A DNA stretch of 64,000 bases, from NCBI GenBank assembly GCA_013239625.1, contig MU054220.1, positions 2,355,374-2,419,373 on the forward strand, written 5' to 3'. Shown piece after piece: positions 51,801 to 64,000 of this stretch. Numbering within the stretch: position 1 is the first letter of the stretch; every line of letters starts with the position of its first letter. Position numbers and translations under genes: made by a program. The notes below the pieces were generated by a model. It saw nothing but the letters and a program-made list of their open reading frames with translations. It made no database searches and was not told the origin of the DNA. The stretch is from Lama guanicoe (Eukaryota).

Positions 51801-52929
51801 TCTGCCTTCCACCCCACAGTCATTGTAAAGGACAAAGCATCAAAATTAGCATTGTTCTTCTAGGACCTTAATCTAGAATAGGGAGAGAGCTCCCAGGGAC
51901 TGTAGCTGATCTTTAGGGGTTTTCTTACTTGTTTTAATTCCTCTATTTTAAGTGGTTTCTAGACATAGCTTTTTATGACCCAGTGGTGCTTGCTAAGGAA
52001 AATCTTATTATATAACAGCCCTTTCCCTGAGCTTTCGTGCCCTTCTGGCCACAGGTGTTTTGCTCTTTATTAAACTACTGTGATCATGTAATAGAGCTGC
52101 TGTAATAATAATGGCTTTTAAAGTGAAGACAAATTGGCCTTTTAGCAGTTAGCACTCCCAATTTTCTTGGAAAGTCACTTTCTCTTGTATGATTGGAATG
52201 AGGCTGTGATGGTCTCAGAACAATCACATTCAGTAGACATTTGTTCCACCGCTATGTGCCAGGCTCTATTCTAGGCTACCAGAGAGAATAAGACAGACAT
52301 GATTCCTGCCCTTCTGTAGCTCAAAGTCTAGGTGGTTGGCTATACCTCATTCTTGCCATTTGGTTCTCAGCTTCAGACATAAAGCAGAACCCTTTGTATG
52401 GTGAGTGGCTTTTTGTAGGAGTGAAGCATAGAGATTTGGCAGACCTGGAGGGACAAAGCATATACACACCTGCAGTTTTAGGAGGCATGACCAGTGGCAA
52501 ATGGGTTTTTGATGGACGCTAGCCAAAGCCATTCAGAATCATCAACAAAAATGGATATGCAGAAAATTAAGATCTATTCTGCCTACTTCCTCCCACAAGA
52601 GCCTGAAAGCAATAATAGAAAACAGAAGCTGCTACAGAGAAGTGTTTTGATAGTCTGTTAATCTTCATCTCTTCTGCTTTATCTTGTTGCCTTCCCCAAA
52701 GTTCTGTAGGTTCCTGGTGGCCTCCAGTCACCTGTCAGTCCATACCATGCCCCTTCTTCAGCAATACAAATTCTGAACCTGTACTTAAAGAGATATAACT
52801 ACATTTAAAGCTACTGCAACTCTACCAGGTATATTTTTGGGAAAACATGCTAAAGTCTAGGGAGCTCCCCCTGCTGACTTTTTAACAGCACTAGTTCTGT
52901 GTAGTAACTGATAACTAGAGAAGGAAATG

Positions 52930-53130
52930 AAGTTAATGACTGCCTACTCTAGGCCAGGTGATGTCTTAAGTGCTTCCCTATACGTTTCTCCTTAAGTGAT
53001 TGTGACAACCCTATGGAGTAGATGGTGTGTTTTCATTCTGTAGGAAAGAAAACTGAGGCTCAGAGAAATTATATCACTTGCCCAGTATGACACAGTGAGA
53101 GGCAGACCTGGAGCTTTAAACCAGCTCTAT
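52930..53130 (-). mobile_element. MIR SINE
   Basis: gaaaactgaggctcagagaaattatatcacttgccca. Confidence 0.7.
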
Positions 53131-53554
53131 CCGCGTGACTCCTAGTAACTCTGTTCTGTCTTCTCTGCCATGTTTTGCTTGAGTTCAAGTAGGGAGTATC
53201 TGCCCAAAGATTCTTATGCTTAAAATACTTTTCTGCATGTCTGAGGCCTCATAAAAGTGAAGTGAGAAGCCCTGGCATTTGACATCTTCCTGGTAATTAC
53301 TGGAAGAAAAACTTCTGAGGGATAGGGAGCTGGGTAATGTACAGTATTAGTTATCTGTCCTGCTTAATCTTCTTGACTTTCATCCTAATGAGCATCTGTT
53401 CCCAGCAGATGTGGGCCTGATGTATTTAATTTAGTATTTTGATTAAAATCAATGGGAAGTGTCAGGATTCTTTTGCTCCTAGCCATGGGTCACTGGGGCC
53501 TGGTTGAGTGTCGTGGGCTAGAGATGGCTTTGTGCCCAGTCATCCTAATTTCTC

Positions 53555-54740
53555 TTAGGATTTCTTCTTTGAGCCATTAGTTTAGGAGTGTGTTCTTCAA
53601 TTTTCACAAATTTCCTTCTGTTGTTAATGTCTTATTTAATTTCATTGTGGTCTAACAACATACTTTGTATGGTTTCAGTTATTTTAAATTTATTTTAAAT
53701 TTGTGGCTTAGCTTACGGTCTGTCCTGGAGAATGTGATCTGTGTGCATAAGAAGATTGTATGTTCTGTTGTTACTGTGTGGGGTGTTCTGCAGATGCCAG
53801 GGGACCTACTTGGTTGATAGTGTTGCTCAAGTTTTGTGTATTTTTGCTGATTTTCTGTCAAATTGCTCTACCCGTTGTTAAGGGTGGGGTATTAGAATTT
53901 GTAATTATTATTGTTAAATTTTTGTATCTACCCCTTCAGTTTTGTCAGTTTTTCCTTCATGTATTTGGGGACCTTATTAGGTTCATAGATGTTTGTAATT
54001 GTTATACCTTCCTGATGAATCAACTTTTTCATTATAAAATATCTCTGTGTCTCTAGTAATATTGTCTTTTTTTGAGAGATAGATGATGTGTAATATTATA
54101 TTAGTTTCAGGTGTACAGCATAGTGATTCACAACTTTAAAGGTTATATTCTCTAGTAATATTGTCTTTAAGTTTAGTTTTTCTTATATTGGTATAACTAC
54201 GCCAGTTCTTTTATGGTTATTTATTGCATAATATATCTTTTCCTATCCTTTTACTTTCAGCCTATTTATATCTTAGAATCTGAAGTATGTCCCTTACAGA
54301 AAGCATATAGTTGGATCTTGTTATCAGAAGTCTATCAGACTTCAGAGTCTGATAATCTCTGCCTTTGATTAGATATTTGACTCCATTCACATTTAACGTT
54401 TTTGTTATAGTTAGATTTTTGTCTGCTGTTTTGCTGTTTGTTTTCTGTATTTCTAATGTCTTTTTTTGTTGTTGTTCCTCTGTTTCTCCTTTACTGACTT
54501 CTTTTGTATTAAGTGGATAGCTTCTCATGTTCTATTTTAAGCCCTTTATTGATTTTGAACTGTACTTTATCAGGATCCGTTCAGACTTATGCAGACTTAA
54601 TTCTGGTAAGATATAGAAACCTTGCTCTGCTATAGCTACATTCTCTTATGCCTTCTTTGCACTGTTACAGCCATATGTATTGTATCTAAATGTATTACAA
54701 ACCCAGTGATAGACGCAGTGCTGTCATTATTGCTTTATAT
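53555..54740 (-). mobile_element. old L1M internal fragment (ORF2 endonuclease N-terminus and upstream region)
   Basis: minus-strand peptides TLNVNG and TFSRTD..LSHK resemble L1 endonuclease motifs; frameshifted. Confidence 0.8.
54070..54148 (-). mobile_element. short L1 3'-end insertion nested in older L1
   Basis: atattatattagtttcaggtgtacagcatagtgattca flanked by tctctagtaatattgtcttt (54050, 54149). Confidence 0.8.
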
Positions 54741-56199
54741 AATCTCATCCCAGGCATCCTTCTGTTTGTTGCCTGTTGTGGGTAAAACAGAGCTACCCCT
54801 TTTGCAAGAATTTACTTTTCTTTTTCTTGTTAACTTTATTTTTGCTTGTCTTTTGCTCTTTTCATCTTTTTAATAAACGCTGATCCTCTCTTAGATATTC
54901 CCCACATCCCTGGTACCTTAAGAAATTACTTTCAGGAGGCCTGTCTAGTCTACTTTGGCCAAGTAGGTGGACATTTGGGTCCTTATGCTTGCTAACTTTT
55001 AGTAATTAGTCTAATTTCTCAATTTGATATCATAGTTGTCTAATACAACAGATTGCTTAATTACTGTATGCCAGATCTTCATTTGAATTGGCAAATTTGA
55101 GAAAGATGAATAGTAGTGAATATAGTTGAAGGCCATCATGGTATACCTAAATGAGTATCAACAGAAATGAATGACAGTTCTGGTGTTGGACCCTTTATCT
55201 TCTTGGCTGGACCCTTTCCCATGTTCTTTACCTCTCTAGTACCCGGTAGCCAGGCTAATCAAATGAGTGGCACATTCCAACTCAACATTAATTAAAAGAG
55301 CTGTTTATAAACCCTAGATAAATGGACAATTAGTGGTGGTGGTACTAGCTTGGGCCACTTTAATAATTAACCCAATTACCTTTCATTCTGCTCCAGTGAT
55401 GAAAGTAAAGGCGATAAGGGGCTGGCTTGGTTGCCTGGGAAACAGAGAAATAAATGCAGCACTCCTCCCAGAGAACCCAGCTTTCACAGATGCCTCACAG
55501 CACCCAGGATCTTTTACTCATTTGGTTTTCACTAGTCACTGGAGCTTCCATGCCTCTCTACCCTAGCTCTTTACTGCATTTCCTCATGCCACTACTAAGA
55601 AATGTGCTTGTTGAGAACATGGGTCCCAGTTTCTAAGCTGAATTGTCTCTGCTTCTTCAGGCCTTCCTAGAGGAAAATATTGAGCTTTGTCAATGAACTT
55701 TTCTGTTCCTTTAAGTATGGCTAAGTTTTCCTATGCCTCTGTCTCTCTCTACCCTAGGAAATTTTCTCTTGACCTTTTCCCGCTAATGTTTTACCACCTG
55801 TGCTCTTTCTTTACTGTCACTTTGAAGTGTACATAGTACTTTCTAAATGCTTAGCATTTTCTAGAGCACTTTGAGTCTTATAAAATAATTAAATGGTTCC
55901 GTCCTTAGGGAGTTTACAGTCTAGCCAGGGAATGGCATGATTTTCTATGTTTTGTTTTCACCCTGACACTAAAAATTTAAAAATTCCTCTGAGACTTTAA
56001 CTACCAATCCGGATAAATTAGATGGAGGGGAGGGAAGAGGGGTTGCAGCCTAAACCTGGGCTTGGGCCCAGGATTTATGGGTTTGGTGCAGTTTAAGCAA
56101 TTCCAGTATGTACCCCTTTGTCTTTTGCATGCGTCTGCGAGCATGAGTGAGTGGAGCTCCAGAAAGACAGCTGCCACTTGCAGTGTAGAGTTGGCTTGA

Positions 56200-56430
56200 G
56201 AGGCAGTAGAGCGAAATATTTGGACTCCAGAGCCAGACTATCTAGGTCAAATATTCATGCTGCTACTTCCTAGCAGTGTAGTCTTGATCAATTTATTTTA
56301 CTTTTTGGGGGACTCAGTTTCTTCATAGGATTGTTTTGAGGATTAAATGAACTAATATATGTGAAACACTTAGAATAGTATTTGGGGGAGGCACACGATA
56401 AGTGTTCGATAGATGTTGGCTATTATCATT
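56200..56430 (+). mobile_element. MIR SINE (near full length)
   Basis: ggactccagagccagac...ctcagtttctt...gaggattaaatgaactaatatatgtgaaacacttagaa. Confidence 0.75.
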
Positions 56431-56844
56431 ATGATTTTTATTATAAATCTTGGGGGCCAGTATGAGTTAGAGCTATGCCAGCTTCCTCACTGATTATAGC
56501 CTTACTGATCTCTTACTGTTCTTCTGCCTTCCTCAACAGTAGTGCACTTTCTGAGTCCCAGGCAGGGCTTTCTGCCCTTTGCTATGATCAGTGAGTTGAA
56601 AAAACTGGGAGCTTATGCTCTATGACACGAACAGATGTTAACCTGAAGGTCTCTGTGTTGATAGTTTGACAGGCTAATGTGTCCATTGTTGCCTGTAGTC
56701 GTGTCAACCACGGGGGTAAAATTATGGGGAGTCACAAAGTTTGCATTTGAGAAACCTTTTTCTGTCTTCCACCAGAACTTGTATTCATGAGATAAGCATC
56801 TACTCTGCAGACCAGGTGCTTGCTCCTTTGTAACCATGGCAACA

Positions 56845-57020
56845 TGGGATTCTCAAAGTGGACCAATAATATCAACATTTGGGAGCTTGTTACAAATGCA
56901 AATTCTTGGTTCCTTACCTCAGACCCATTGAATCAGAAATTCTGGTTGTGAGCCTAGGAGTTTGTGTTTTAAAGAGTCTTCTTGGTGATCCTGGTGCACT
57001 TGAAAATTTGAGAACCACTG
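56845..57020. mobile_element. MER5A hAT-Charlie MITE
   Basis: ttctcaaagtg...gggagcttgttacaaatgcaaattct...tttgagaaccactg. Confidence 0.8.
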
Positions 57021-58030
57021 CTCTAGATTAACTCATTAAAGCTAGAAACAGAGGCAGAAGGGAAGAGATGGGAAGAGATAACTTGGTAACACATTAAGGT
57101 GTGTACATGCCAGAAGTTAAGATGTGTTGGGTCCTGGTGAGCTTCTGGTATATAATTCTTCTGAATCTGGATCTGTTAGTAATGGGGAAAAACATAAATG
57201 AATTTATTGTTACCTACAGAGTGCTCAGCTGGTATATAAGCCATTTTGACTTGATAAACATTTATTGAGCATTTGTTGTTTATATGGTACAATGATAGGT
57301 ATACGATAGTAGCCAAATGAACAAGACACGATCTCTGTTCTCTATAAGCTTACTGTCTACTGAGTAAACCCATCATGCTCAGAAATACCTGTGGGACAGT
57401 GGGCATTGTGCTAAATACTAAGGTAGAGTTACACACAAAAAGCTGACCATGAGAGCTCGGAACCTGAGAGCATTTCTCCCGCAGAAAATACGAGTCCATT
57501 AAGCTTTTATGCTGGGGCAACAGGTTCTTGTCAGCTCTGCTAAGAGTTGTATTCCTAGGAGAAATTGAGCTATAACTTCTAACTTCTTAACCAGTTTCCC
57601 ACCTGTTCCTCTTCTTCCTCCTGAAAAAAGAAATGTTAACATCAACATATCTGGATTGAGACCCCACTGTTTACTTGTACTTTAAGTTTTCTGTACTCTG
57701 GGGCTTTGCTAGACCTCAAGTGATCTCACAGTTTAAGTCCTATGGATTGTGTACTCCTTAAGAGATACTGCTCACTTAAAAGGCGCCAGCTGAAGGTGCC
57801 CTCTTATCCAAAAATACCCACTGTAATGCCAGGACCCTTTTCTTCTCTCTTCTTAGGTTATGCTTTGTATGTGCTTTGACTTGTTTTGTAACCCCTCAGA
57901 ACAAATGATACAACAGTATAGAAATCTACAGAGGAGATGTGAAGAAAGAAATGCCAAATATGAGATCAAAGCCCATTTTCTCCCAGTGGAGGCAATAGCC
58001 AATCTCCTTATATTTAAGATTAGAGCTCTT

Positions 58031-58156
58031 GTAGGGGGAAGGTATAGCTCAGTGGCAGAGCACATGCTTAGCATGCACAATGTCCTGGATTCAATCCCTA
58101 GTATCTCCATTAGTGAATAAAATCAAATTACCTCCTCCCACCAAAAAAAAAAGAAA
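58031..58156 (+). mobile_element. tRNA-derived SINE (Vic-1-like)
   Basis: ggtatagctcagtggcagag...ggattcaatccc; A tail; perfect 15-bp TSD aagattagagctctt (58016, 58157). Confidence 0.9.
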
Positions 58157-59519
58157 AAGATTAGAGCTCTTCTACATACTCTGGAAAGACTTGGAACAAT
58201 CTCCTTTGCTGTCCTATCTACTCCATCAGTTTTTACCTAAGTGATCGATATAAATGCTAATCCTCTACCTTCTTTTTAAAACTCTGAGCTCATGGTAGCT
58301 TTTCTTTCTCTTTCCCATTTCATGTCCTCAGGCAGTCTCATTTATTCCAAACTGGCTGGAAATGCCATGGGAGCTGGCAGACAGCACCTCTCACCCTCTC
58401 TCCAAAGTAGAGCCAACCTGTAGGTGTTAATTTCCTCTCTTTTCTTTAACACCTGCTGATCCACAAGGCCACCTCTTCCCCAGGGTCCTTGTGTTACTCA
58501 GCTAGAAGCCAAGAGCAAGCATGGATATCTTGTATAAACCACGAGGTGGAAAGAGGCACCTGCAGGTGGGTGACCAGGGACCTTTTAGAGTATTTTTGAG
58601 ACTCTCTGGGGGCTGTTTCTTTTTGCCAGATGTTTAGTGTCACCCCAGAGCCAGAAAGTTATCCTGTAATGACATACTCCAGCCTGTAAAAACAGTCGCA
58701 TATTACAGAACTACCAAGATGGGTCCCTGGGCTTATCATCATTCCAGCTTAATGCAGCTATGTGCCTTGCAGAAGGGGGCTAGCTTCACTCCTGCTGTCT
58801 TGAGCTGTGGGGTTGTATTCTTTGGGACTACTTGGTAAACAAACTCACGATTTTTACTCGTGTGGCTCATGACTGGTAAAGCACAGGCCAAAATAATATT
58901 CTTCCTAGGCAGAGATTTAACTGGTCTAGGCTGCAAAGGAACAGAGGAAAAACTGGACATCCAAAGAGGTAAAAGGTCGAAGTTCCCAGTGGGAACAAGG
59001 TCTTCAGGGAGATCTAATGTATTGTAGGCTTTTGAGAAAAATGTATCATTCATTTTCATGAATAAATCTGTCTACAAAGGTGAATTTTCTCCAGAATCTG
59101 CCATATTGCCTGGTTGTTCTTGGTAGTACTTGCTCATTTTCTCAACAGCAAGATTTTATGTCTCTTTATTGTAATTTCCCTGGACTAGCAACACAAATGA
59201 AAGGAATGACATGGAAATATCCAGTCACTCTTGCTTATTAGAGTGAAGTTTTACCTAGGCAAATAGCTCCAAGACTGTGACAATTCTATAGCAGCATTTA
59301 AAATTTTCCAAAACATTCCCCCTCATGCTGAACTGGCAGAAGAGTTGTAGACAGAAGGAACGTAGTAACTCAAGCTTAGATTTGACCGTGAGCTAATGTT
59401 AGATCACATTTGCAAAATGTAGTGACTGTGGACACAGTGCTTCAGATGTGGTTTTAAAAAAAAGGCAAACTAGCAAAGAAAACAAAAATCCAAGATCACT
59501 TATAAGTCAAGTAGCATTC

Positions 59520-59695
59520 TAAGCCCTTTTCACATATTAATTCACTTAATCTTCACATTCCAGTGATATCCTGTTATTACTTATTTTTACAAATGAGGAA
59601 GCTGAGACATAAACAGATGAAGTTAATTTGTCCAAGACCACAGCTAGTAATTGACAGAGTAGAAATTGGAACTCAAGCAGTCTAGCTTTAGATTG
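59520..59695 (-). mobile_element. MIR SINE
   Basis: tttttacaaatgaggaagctgagac...gttaatttgtccaagaccacagctagtaa. Confidence 0.7.
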
Positions 59696-60716
59696 GCGCT
59701 TTTCAAACAGAACCATCATGGGGTATATAGGTGATCCCTTGTTGGTAGAAAAAGAAGCTGACATGTAAACTCTGGCTTTACCTTAAGAAAGCAAAAATAA
59801 CTTGTTCATCTTACAAGACTGCTGCTGGGGAGGGGGCTACAGATTCTCTTATATTCTTGTTGCAGCTCCTTTCCCCTAGAAAGAGCCCTGTAGAAGAAAT
59901 ACATTCCCAAACAATGAATCCTGAAGAGGTAATTACACTGTTGCCATCCCATTGGGAAGAAGGCTGGGGCGGTGATTACATTCCAAAACAAAACTGTTCT
60001 GGTATAATTGCACTGTGCTGCTCTTATCAGTCTGGGAAAGGCAGGCCTCTGGTCTCCATCCTCATTTGTTTTTGAGATGGAATCCGAATAGCATTCAATT
60101 AATAGGCAAGGCCCAGGCACAGGGAAGTCAGCCAAAAGAGCCAAGAGGACATTAACTTGCTGTTGGCATTTTCTTCCACTGAAGTTTTCCAGACCTTTAA
60201 GTATCAGCAAATTTGAGGGAGAGCTCACTTGAGGAAATATATTTGGCTAATGAAGGGCTAGAGACCCCTGCTTAGATGCTGTAGCCCAGAGCCCTCATTA
60301 GTCTTTATACATACAGAAAAGATGGTTGGGTGAAATTTCCCTCTTCCATCAGCAGCTTTTGCTCTATCAAAAATTGGCCCTTCCTTCACATCTTTCCCCA
60401 GACTTCCAGCTTGCTTGCTTATTTCTTTATTTATATTTTGTGTGTGAAGCTTCTAGTTGTGGACCAAAAAATCCCTCACTGTTTCTGTTGAGATTTTCAG
60501 GCTGACTTTATTGAAGTTCAGCAATAACATCTAGATCTGGAGTGAAGGAAGAAATAAAACTAATTTAATTGTTTTGTTTTATGATTCAGAGAACAGCAAA
60601 CTGCCAGTGGCCTCTTAGGCATGCTTGTTGAACTAGAGCAGAGAAAGGGAAAAGATGACTATGTTATCAGATCGAGGGTGGCACAGACCCCTTGGAAGCA
60701 GTGTAGTCTTGGCCGT

Positions 60717-61689
60717 TGTGTCAGTTAGCTTTTGCTGCCCTACAAACTACCCCAAAATTTACTGGCTTAAAAAAGCGTTTTTGTTCCTCATAGTTCTCTG
60801 GGTCCAGAGTGAAGTTCATGTGGTCTGAGCCAGCTTGACTGCGCTGTGTGTCAGTTGATGGCTTGGCTGGGTGTGGATGGTCTTAGTTTGTGTAATAGGC
60901 AGGACAGTGGCCTGCGAAAGAGCTCCAAGTACTCACCCCTGGACACTGAATGTGTTACTTTACGTGGCAGGAGGAACTTTGCAGATATGATTAAGGTTAC
61001 AAACTTTGAGTTGGGGAGATTATACTGAATTATCTGAGTGGGCCCAGTCTCATCACATGAGCCCTTTAAAAGTAGAAGAGAAAGGCAGACGGGTCAGAGA
61101 GATGCAGTGATAGAAGATGGGGATTGTTTGGCCCTAGGCGAACAGGAGTAAGGAAACAATCTCATTGCTAAAACTGCAAGGAACTGAATTCTGCCAACAA
61201 TAAATGAGCAAGGAAACAGATCCTCCCCTAGAGCCTCCAGAAAGTAACACAGTCCTGCCACCACCTTGATTTTAGCCTCATGAGACTCATATTGGACTTC
61301 TGGCCTGCAGAAATGAAAGCTAATAAATTTATGTTAAGCCACTAAGTTTGTAGTAATTCATATTGATAGCCATGGAAAACTAATACACATGGCTTTACAC
61401 GCATATCTGGCAGTTGATGGGCTGGTTGCCTCAGCTGGAATGACTGGTCTCTTTTCTGTTCACCAGTTTCTTCACATGGTGTCTCAGGCTTCCAAAGAGA
61501 AGCAGGAGGTCAGGCCCTAGTGCACAAGCACTTTGTGAGCCTCTGCTTATGTCATTTTTCTTTTAATTGTCCCATCAGCTAACACAAGCCACGTAGCTAA
61601 GCCCAGAGTCAGAGAGGGGACTCTTTCTAAGGGCATGGATACAGGGGGGCTTGACTCATTAGGGGCCATGACTATAACATTCTACCACA
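60717..61689. mobile_element. older MaLR LTR (MLT1-type) split by nested LTR
   Basis: tgtgtcagttagcttttgctgc...aaactaccccaaaatttactggcttaaaa; resumes after 61387; ends ctaccaca. Confidence 0.7.
60891..61387 (+). mobile_element. MLT1D-like solo LTR (nested)
   Basis: TG...CA termini; ctttgcagatatgattaagg; ctagagcctccagaaag; aataaa; ends gaaaactaataca. Confidence 0.8.
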
Positions 61690-64000
61690 ACGAGGTAGGT
61701 TTTCAGGATTTGAGGTAGTCTGTTAACTCACCTAAACAAACTGCTTTTTTAAGTATCCTTACATATACATGAAAGGAAAATTTCAGCATACCAAGGGATA
61801 CAGATGTATAGATTTGAAACTCCAGACAAACACCTTGGTTTAAATCATTATCTGGTTTATTCAGAGACACAAATCTAGAAATTACATCCAAATAGGAAGC
61901 TGGATCCTGGTTTCCTAGACATAGCATTTCAGGGAAACTGCCTTTTCTCTTTCTTTGTTTTCTGGGATGTAGCCCTCCATTTCTGTGTGCTGGAGGGTAA
62001 AAAGATGTGCAGAAGAGCTCTGTGGGTGGTTGGGCCCCTTGGGGCCACATGTATTTCTGTGTAGGAGTAAGACTGACAGAATTAACTGTGCGAGCACTTA
62101 CTAAATTGGCTGTAAGTGAACCTGTACCCGTGGCATCATTTATAATCCACAGCTCCTTTAACAGAGGCAAATTGGAAGAAAAGTTCCTGAAAACTAAGGC
62201 AAGGGATCTTTGTGTGCCCAATCACTGTGGCACATTAAGCTTGCTTATAGCAGTGGTTGGGAGAAGCTAGAATTCAGTTCTTCTTACGCAGATGGGTTAG
62301 CTTTCGCTTGGCTTTATTGATGAGATTGGGCTGTTTTATGGGCTCCAAATGTAAATGCAGAGATTGGGCCTCTGGGAATATAGAGACATTGAATATTTGC
62401 TAGTCATTCTTTTAGGACATCCTTGATATTCAGAGCCATCTCCATGACTGGTGGGATGCAAGCTTTGCTGTTGGTGAGTTCTGAATTTTGTATTGAGCAA
62501 TTGAGTTCAAAACAGGATGGCCCCAGTACAGGAAAGATGTACACTTATCATTGGAGGTTTTAGCTGGCTTTGACAGGAACTTCTTCATCCAGCTCAACAG
62601 GGCACCCAGTGGTTTAGTGCGCTCTTTGCTCTGCCTCAAAGCTTAGCCAAAATTCAGGAAATGACAGTGAGGGAGCTGCTGCCAGAGCTTGAAATATGTG
62701 TGTGTCCATGTTTGCTACTAGAAAGTAGAGAGAAGTAGCTGAGCCTGGGTTGGGGGAAATGTAGAAGATTCCACTCCCAAGAGGAGATGGAGCAGTGGTA
62801 TGCCTTGGGAAGGAAGAATAGTGCTGAGAATGGAAATGTATAGACTGCTTAAAGAGGCAGAGACTCTCCCCAAATAAAACTAGAGCTTATCTCTTATTTG
62901 GTGGAAGGTTAGACTGTGTAGTGATATGATTCAGACAATATCATTCCTTTCTTCTGTCTTTGGTCTGTGGGTCCCCTTCCCCTCCTCCCTTTACCTTTAT
63001 CTGTCACGGGTCACCAAATTTGAACTTGGTTTTCTTTAAGGTAAAACAAATACAGCTAACGTAAGACCTAATTGAGAGCTTATAAAAGCCACAAAGTGTT
63101 TCTTGATCTAAATATTTTCATTGATTCTGCTGAAGTAAAGTAACTGGGGAAAACTGACAAAATGTTATGTTGCTTATTAAGTAAACTAATTAAAACTGAA
63201 CATATCAACGCAAAGCTTGAAATAAGTTGTTTCTAATGCCCAGATTCTCCACTCCAATGTTGCAGGTAGGGAGACTATAGGGACAGCTTAAGGACACCTA
63301 AAGAAGTTTCCAGCTATTCTAATCTTTGTCTTACTGAGGAAGAATTTTGAGGTCCTAAGGGACAGAAGCAGCCAGTACCAAGGGTAGCTTGGGAATCCTT
63401 AGATACCTGTCTGCCACTATTAAGCAACCCAAGCCACCCCTAAAAATATACCATCTAAGTGAAAACAGTGAGCTTACTCTGCTGGCAGCTTCAAGACCTA
63501 ACCTGTCCCCACCCCACTGTTAAACTGCCAACCCTCAGGCTCATTTATAGAATTTCTCAGGCTGCCATTTCTCAAGCAGCTGGAAGTAACAGAGGAATTA
63601 GCTGTAGAATTTGGAGGTTATAGTGGTGAAAGAAAGGCTGACTGGCTGTTTATGTCCCTCAACTTCATGCTTACTTTTTGTCCCTTTCTACGATTATTTC
63701 CAGATGTGCCATGTTTTAGTTTTGGTTAGCATGGACTTACCATTAGTGTTTGTTTTCAGGCTTGAGATAGAGTTGCCTACCATTTCCTTTGTATTATTAG
63801 TGTCTCTCTCTTCTACGTAGGAGAGGGACTTTTTTCTGAAAGGCTAATGTAGCTATGGAGAGACAGTGCTCTTTTCTGACTCCTGAAGAAAAATTGTCAG
63901 AGTTAAGAAATCCTGAAAAAAAAAATCTTAGTCTTAGTATCTTGGAATATCCTTTATTTAGAGATGCCTGGTTTCTTTGCCCTCCTTATTTTCAGTGCCA

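Noticed and set aside
58034..58110. tRNA-like sequences (also 13069, 28350, 6340, 6720)
   Set aside because: A/B boxes are present, but A-tails, TSDs and degenerate stems mark them as SINEs, not tRNA genes.
61703..62221. 172-aa minus-strand ORF (and similar ORFs at 32577-33068, 43512-43961, 59806-60228)
   Set aside because: No recognisable homology or exon structure; some overlap repeats.
1..64000. CRISPR array, operon or novel multi-gene system
   Set aside because: No repeat-spacer array and no prokaryotic gene organisation. The window is explained by one intron-rich mammalian gene plus transposon relics.

Overview
This is mammalian genomic DNA, not prokaryotic. The window covers the 5' coding two-thirds of AMBRA1 (autophagy/beclin-1 regulator, the DCAF3 substrate receptor of CRL4) on the + strand. 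Ten coding exons with GT-AG boundaries (5239..49788) splice into an open 2521-nt frame (840 codons + 1 nt). The promoter, the non-coding first exon and the 3' exons lie outside the window; exon numbers follow the human gene as I recall it. The introns contain L1, L2, MIR, hAT DNA transposon and MaLR LTR relics, plus short tRNA-derived SINEs resembling camelid Vic-1, so the source is probably a camel or alpaca (inference). I found no evidence of a novel multi-gene system. The most interesting observations concern gene regulation: a 35-codon Cys-rich uORF ending 5 nt before the start codon, a 270-nt in-frame exitron in the large exon 7, three frame-symmetric cassette exons, two Cys/His clusters in the disordered region, and several young or nested retro-insertions with visible target-site duplications (TSDs). 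Repeat family names come from recalled consensus sequences and repeat boundaries are approximate.
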